DNA of 64,000 nucleotides from Candidatus Latescibacterota bacterium (GTDB lineage Bacteria; Latescibacterota; UBA2968; UBA8231): NCBI GenBank assembly GCA_965242865.1, contig CBDETK010000013.1, positions 4,544,001 to 4,608,000 of the forward strand, read 5' to 3'. Shown piece by piece: positions 59,120 to 64,000 of this stretch (position 1 is its first letter; each line of letters starts with the position of its first letter). The notes under the pieces were generated by a model. It saw only the letters and a program-made list of their open reading frames with translations, ran no database searches and was not told where the DNA came from. The position numbers and the translations under genes were made by a program.

Positions 59120-62100
59120 ATGAAACGACTGCTAAAACGGCCGGCGGCTCTCTTCGCCGTACTAGCCGTATTTATGCCCAATTTCTGTCTGGCCCAAACA
59201 AATGCCTACAGGCTTTTCGGCAACTCGATTCGCGTAGATCGAGCCTCACACTGGGAAAACTGGCACTATCAGAATGATCTGGTTGCGAATTTGAATGTGC
59301 CAATCCGCGATGCGGATATCTTCCAAGTTGAGGCCGACGGTCTGCGGCCGACGTTTTTTCGCCGCAATATCAACGTGGCTCCGACGGCTGTCGATTTCAC
59401 CTATCCTGATTTGGTCCGCGCTAATGGCGATCTAGTCTCTGGAGGGGTGACCGCCAAATCCAACGACGCCTTGGCTAACAATGTTATAGATGGCGATTTG
59501 AGCACCTTCTGGGAGCCGGACACCCCGGTCAGTTTTGCGAGGCGGCTGACTCGTCCTAGGGATTTCAATCTCGATGGTCTGCGCAACTGGGAAATTGAAA
59601 TCGATCTGGGACGATTGGTTTTTGCCGACAGCCTGACGATCATCTTTCCCGCTGGTCAGTTTGAGGGCGAATTTCTCGGCGAGCCGATTAAGTCCTTTGC
59701 GCTTTTCGCCTCAATGGGTGAGCGTTTCCCCTTTCCTTTGGGCAATAACCTCAAGTTTTCCCTCATAGGGCGAGTATCGACTGGCTTCGTCGCTGGCAAG
59801 TTAGCCCAATGTGTGCGCGACGAAAGCTCGGGCTACGCCGGCGAGACGCGCTGTGAAGGTGGGGGAGGGGGTGAGAGTGGCGAAGTGACGCTGGTTCCGA
59901 TGCCTGGCACCGAGGGGCGCTATGTGCAGATGACCTTTCCGCTCTGGCCGCTTGATCGAGCCGATTGGGACTTGAATGGCTTACCCGACATCAACGGAGC
60001 CTTCATCCAATACGTTCGCGTCAAGGCCACGGGTTCAGATCTCTGGCGCGATTCCTTTTTAGGTGCCGGCGAAGAGGCTCGCCTTGCTTATGAAGCACTG
60101 CCCCAAGAGCAGCGCGGTGCGATTGTCTATCAGCGTCAAACTGCTGGTGGCCTACTCGTCGAGCTCCAAAGCGACGACGACCTGACGGCCGAAGAAAAGT
60201 ATCAAAATTTGCTCGTGGAAAAGCGCGGCTCGATTCTCTACTACAGCAAAGAGGTCCCGCGTATCGCCGAGGTCCAAGTTTGGGCTAAGGGCGACAACTA
60301 CGCGCTACAGCCCGAAAGACGCGGTGGGGCTTCGTTTGAAAACGGCGGCTTGGGTGCCCCCAATTTGGCTACGGATGGGCTGTACGACTCGGAGTGGGTG
60401 GCCAATACGTGGTCGCCGGTGTACCTCAAGGGCACGGCTTGGTACGACTTAGGGGCCGTGTTTTGGGTCGATAATGTCTCGGTGGTCAACAAGCGCATCA
60501 ACCAGAGCCACCAAGGAGCCTTCTTAGGGCCGGATATCTTGGTGTCCGATGGCACTCTGCTCAAACCCGTGAGCATGAACGACCGCGACGACTTCCCCCA
60601 GCTTGAGGAAGCGCTCAAGTGGGACAACATCATCAGTGAGGAACACGTCGATAATCACACGCCAGTAGTGCGCATTTTCCGCGAGACTTTTCTCAGGCGC
60701 AAGATCCGCTTCTTGCAAATCCGCGACATCGACATCACCGGGCATCAATCCGGTCGCTATGGATCGCTGGCGACCTTGGGCGAGATCCAACTCTATGGCG
60801 AAGGCTATCCGGTGAGTGTGTGGGCGTATTCTCCGCCGATTACGCAGACCGATTCGCGCGGCAATTTCATCCGCAAGACTCTGCCGCGCATCGCTTGGGA
60901 AGGCGATGTCATCGTCCGCGACACCGACCCGAGCACCGGCCAAGCGATAGAACGAATCGAGCCGTTGAATCTTCACCCGGATGTCCGCTTGCAGATACAG
61001 ACTCGCACCTCGGATCAGACCGACACCAACTTCACGTACTATCAGGTCGTCACAGTCGCCGGCAGCGAAGAGCGCGAGGAAGTGTCAAAAGAGGTTTACG
61101 ACGAGATTGCCTTGGAGTGGACGGCATGGGAGATTTGGCAGACCCTGCCCTCGAGCCAGAGACACGCCTCGCGCAAGGACGACGATGGCGACGGGGTCAC
61201 CGACGAAGATCCGATTGACCTCATCGACAACGATGGCGATGGCCTCGTGGACGAAGATGGCAAGAAGCTACGCCGCGCACCGCGGTCGAGCTTTGACAAG
61301 GATGGCGAGTTGGCCTTCGTCGGCTGGAGCGAGTGGAGCGAAAGCTATCTACCCACCAATGGAGTCAACGAAGCGACGATCACCTCGCCCAATCCGCGCA
61401 AGTTTCTCCAAGTGCGGGTCAATATCTCCTCAGAAGATCCCTTCAAGACGGCGCGCATCCGCAGTTTGCGCGTTGAGCTGGCCCCGCCGCTGGCCCTGGA
61501 ACTGGCTGGCGAGTTGGCGCTCCTCAGCGACGAGGGCGCGACGCGCATTCCGAGCGACTTAGGCGTCCAGGCCTCGGACTACACCCCGCCGCGCGATGTC
61601 GATCCGCTCGCGCCGCAGCAATTTGCTTACTTCATCCGTGCCGCCACGCCCGACCCGACTGACTCGACCGTGCGCGATGGCTTTGACGAGGTGCTGGTCG
61701 TCGCGCCGCGTGACGTGCGCTTGACCGGGGTGCGCTTGGGACAGGTCGCCATCTCCCAGACGTCCTCGTTCCTCAACCCGGAAGAAGTGGTGACCTCGGC
61801 GACGACCACGGAGTTTCACCGCGCCTTTGCCCCGGGCGACGACGGAGTCTTCCGCGCCGAGGACGGCTTGGTGCTGGACCGGATGGCGACCGGTGCGGAC
61901 TCGATTTGGGTGCGCTTTCCCTTTTCGCTCAATGCCGATTTGCCGACAGGCCAGCACACCCTCATTGAGGTGCAGTTTGAGTCGCAGAGCTTTCGCGAGG
62001 GCATTGAGTTCACCTCGTTCGTGCGGTCCTCAGACTCGGACGAGGGCGTATTTCAACGGGTTGACACCGCCGATAAGGATGCGACCGAGTTGGTGGATTC

Positions 62101-62461
62101 TTCGACAGCGCGGGTCAGCCTGATGGACTTGCCGGGGTCATTGATCCAAGATGTGGGCATGGCGTCGGTCTTTACGCCCAATGGCGACGGAGTCAACGAC
62201 CAACTCTTGGTGCATTTCGTCTTATTGAAGGTACAGGAGGAACGGCCATTAGAAGTCGCGTTTTACGATTTGGGCGGGCGTTTGGTGGGCCAAGGGCAGA
62301 GCGCGGCGACCGGCGGCAAGGTCGGGATGCAGGCATTCGTCTGGGACGGGCGAGATATGGGTGGACAGGTCGTACCGCCGGGGCTCTACCTCTGTCAGAT
62401 CAAGGTGGAGGCCGACGACCGGGACAGCGAGTTGACGCGGCTGGTACACGTGGCCTATTGA
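59120..62461 (+). CDS. Large exported protein with discoidin-like segments, DxDxDG Ca-binding repeats and FlgD-Ig/CHU_C-like C-terminus
   Basis: Signal peptide; IDGDLSTFW...IDLG; DDDGDGVTDED / DNDGDGLVDED; FTPNGDGVND...WDGRD...VPPGLY...VAY. Confidence 0.75.
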   Translation: MKRLLKRPAALFAVLAVFMPNFCLAQTNAYRLFGNSIRVDRASHWENWHYQNDLVANLNVPIRDADIFQVEADGLRPTFFRRNINVAPTAVDFTYPDLVRANGDLVSGGVTAKSNDALANNVIDGDLSTFWEPDTPVSFARRLTRPRDFNLDGLRNWEIEIDLGRLVFADSLTIIFPAGQFEGEFLGEPIKSFALFASMGERFPFPLGNNLKFSLIGRVSTGFVAGKLAQCVRDESSGYAGETRCEGGGGGESGEVTLVPMPGTEGRYVQMTFPLWPLDRADWDLNGLPDINGAFIQYVRVKATGSDLWRDSFLGAGEEARLAYEALPQEQRGAIVYQRQTAGGLLVELQSDDDLTAEEKYQNLLVEKRGSILYYSKEVPRIAEVQVWAKGDNYALQPERRGGASFENGGLGAPNLATDGLYDSEWVANTWSPVYLKGTAWYDLGAVFWVDNVSVVNKRINQSHQGAFLGPDILVSDGTLLKPVSMNDRDDFPQLEEALKWDNIISEEHVDNHTPVVRIFRETFLRRKIRFLQIRDIDITGHQSGRYGSLATLGEIQLYGEGYPVSVWAYSPPITQTDSRGNFIRKTLPRIAWEGDVIVRDTDPSTGQAIERIEPLNLHPDVRLQIQTRTSDQTDTNFTYYQVVTVAGSEEREEVSKEVYDEIALEWTAWEIWQTLPSSQRHASRKDDDGDGVTDEDPIDLIDNDGDGLVDEDGKKLRRAPRSSFDKDGELAFVGWSEWSESYLPTNGVNEATITSPNPRKFLQVRVNISSEDPFKTARIRSLRVELAPPLALELAGELALLSDEGATRIPSDLGVQASDYTPPRDVDPLAPQQFAYFIRAATPDPTDSTVRDGFDEVLVVAPRDVRLTGVRLGQVAISQTSSFLNPEEVVTSATTTEFHRAFAPGDDGVFRAEDGLVLDRMATGADSIWVRFPFSLNADLPTGQHTLIEVQFESQSFREGIEFTSFVRSSDSDEGVFQRVDTADKDATELVDSSTARVSLMDLPGSLIQDVGMASVFTPNGDGVNDQLLVHFVLLKVQEERPLEVAFYDLGGRLVGQGQSAATGGKVGMQAFVWDGRDMGGQVVPPGLYLCQIKVEADDRDSELTRLVHVAY

Positions 62462-62509
62462 TACCGGCAGGAGTTCGGACCGGAATTTCGACAACAAGGG
62501 AGGGTCTTT

Positions 62510-64000
62510 GTGAACATAGTTAAGAGTTTCCGCACCGGTTCGGTGGCGATCTTGATGTTGGGAGTGATGGTGGAAAACCTCCCAGCCCAGGAGGATTTCG
62601 GCTCGCGCTTGGGTGTGCGCCGCGGCGGGGAGGTGTTCTACGATCCCACCGGGCCGGGGGTGCTTTTTGACGCCCTGGATCCAGCGGTGAAGAAGTGGTA
62701 TGTCCCCCAGGAACTTTTCAATGAATACCAGTGGCGGCAACAGGACTATACCAATTACGCCCGCCGACATTATCAGCGCTTTGTGAACACCAACCAAGAA
62801 GGCGAATACTTCTACGATCTCTACGGGAATTACATCACCCGCGGCGAACTCATTTACGACTGGAGCATTGCAGCACCGCAGACATCGGGTAGCAGCCTGT
62901 TTAAGGCCGCCCGATTCAGTAGCTGGTTTTCAAATTTGGTCATCGCCTCGGACCAGAAGGGCCAATACGCCTATGCCCTGACTATTGGCGACCGCATTCG
63001 CACGACGCTTACGCCGATGACCTTTTCCAAGCCGACCTTTGCCGGTATTCAGTTCGACTTGGCCACGGATAAATACGAGGCGACTTTTCTCTTCTCGCGT
63101 CCTAGTGCTCCTGGGCAAGTCGAAACAGCGCAGACGACTAGCACGGGTCGTTACCGTTCGAACGACACCAACTTAATCGGTGGCCGCGGCACCATGCAGG
63201 TCGGCGACTTTGTCAAGTTTGGCGCGACGTATATCAATGCTTTCAACTCCTCAACTAAGGGGCAGGCATTTCAGGGCAACCCCTTCAAGGGTACGCTCAC
63301 CGAGGGCCAGAACAACGCCGACGTTTCGCGTATCGAAGTGCGGTTGAGCGACGATTCGCCCGAGGACAACATCGCCGGCGCGGCCTTCTTTCAGGAGGAG
63401 ATGATCATTACGACCATCGATGGCGAGCGCATCAGCAACCGCCGCCGCATTGGCAACAACAATATCCTCGACTTCGCCCCAGCGGTGCAGGGCGGCTTCC
63501 GTCGCGAAGGGTTCCTTGCGGCCGATGGCAATGAGGTCATCGTGCTGTTGTACGACCTCGAAGGTCCGCAGTACCGCAATTCCTTCGGTCCCCAACCCGA
63601 GCAGATCAAGAGCATTGAGTTCCTGTTGCTCTTGGCCAACGACTACCGGATTGACGTTACCTCCAACCGCCAACTCAACGCCAACGGTCAGCCGGTTTTG
63701 CTCTCTGAGGGCATTCCCGAACGCACGGTGCGCGCCGACGGCAATGTGCAGGATGGCTCGAATCAGAGCTTTGTGCGCGTCAAATACGGGTTGCCGGTGG
63801 CCAATGAGATCTTTGGCTTTACGCTCGACATTACGGACGTCAGCGGGTTTTACTTCTCGGGGGAATACGACCGCAACCGCCTGCACTTTCGCTATCCGCG
63901 GCGGTCAGAAACCGACGTGACCCAGCACAAGGCGCACAGTACCTCGGCCGACGCTTGGTTTTTCAACGTGTATAAGCGGGCGTATCCCTACTACGGCTTT
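62510..64000 (+). CDS. Large exported hypothetical protein, 3' end outside the window
   Basis: GGGAGG followed by GTG at 62510; begins MNIVKSFRTGSVAILMLG...AQEDFGSRLG...LDPAVKKWYVPQEL. The same frame reads ...AWFFNVYKRAYPYYGF at the window end. Absent from the ORF track because there is no stop codon. Confidence 0.8.
   Translation, partial: MNIVKSFRTGSVAILMLGVMVENLPAQEDFGSRLGVRRGGEVFYDPTGPGVLFDALDPAVKKWYVPQELFNEYQWRQQDYTNYARRHYQRFVNTNQEGEYFYDLYGNYITRGELIYDWSIAAPQTSGSSLFKAARFSSWFSNLVIASDQKGQYAYALTIGDRIRTTLTPMTFSKPTFAGIQFDLATDKYEATFLFSRPSAPGQVETAQTTSTGRYRSNDTNLIGGRGTMQVGDFVKFGATYINAFNSSTKGQAFQGNPFKGTLTEGQNNADVSRIEVRLSDDSPEDNIAGAAFFQEEMIITTIDGERISNRRRIGNNNILDFAPAVQGGFRREGFLAADGNEVIVLLYDLEGPQYRNSFGPQPEQIKSIEFLLLLANDYRIDVTSNRQLNANGQPVLLSEGIPERTVRADGNVQDGSNQSFVRVKYGLPVANEIFGFTLDITDVSGFYFSGEYDRNRLHFRYPRRSETDVTQHKAHSTSADAWFFNVYKRAYPYYGF

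Overview
GC-rich bacterial chromosomal window. The gene content (C-terminal [ST]WGx[IV]K proteins, FlgD-Ig-tailed surface proteins, expanded ABC-2 permeases) suggests Ca. Latescibacterota or a related lineage; this assignment is inference only. Housekeeping genes (galM, lpdA, rnhA, cyoE, mobA, larB, parAB, ppdK, ilvBN, galU) frame three accessory regions. (1) 1.3-3.8 kb: a lower-GC, decaying pair of STAND-like P-loop ATPases. (2) 11.7-26.5 kb: a tandem-amplified island directly downstream of a sensor kinase and NtrC-type regulator. It holds four complete sigma-54 promoter modules with twin TGCG-N9-CGCA enhancer boxes and three copies of a structured leader with a uORF. It also encodes two exported 6-Cys peptides with near-identical signal peptides but divergent cores, six paralogs plus one remnant of an unrecognised exported ~280-aa protein, a DUF1573 protein, a TPR protein, and three ABC-2-type permeases plus a deleted remnant, two of which differ mainly in their extracytoplasmic loops. 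This is the best candidate for an undescribed system (polymorphic disulfide-peptide toxin/immunity or peptide signal/receptor). (3) 55.2-64 kb: a surface-protein operon whose sigma-70-like promoter lies between 20-bp inverted repeats (candidate invertible promoter). All calls were made by eye from sequence motifs; no database searches were run.
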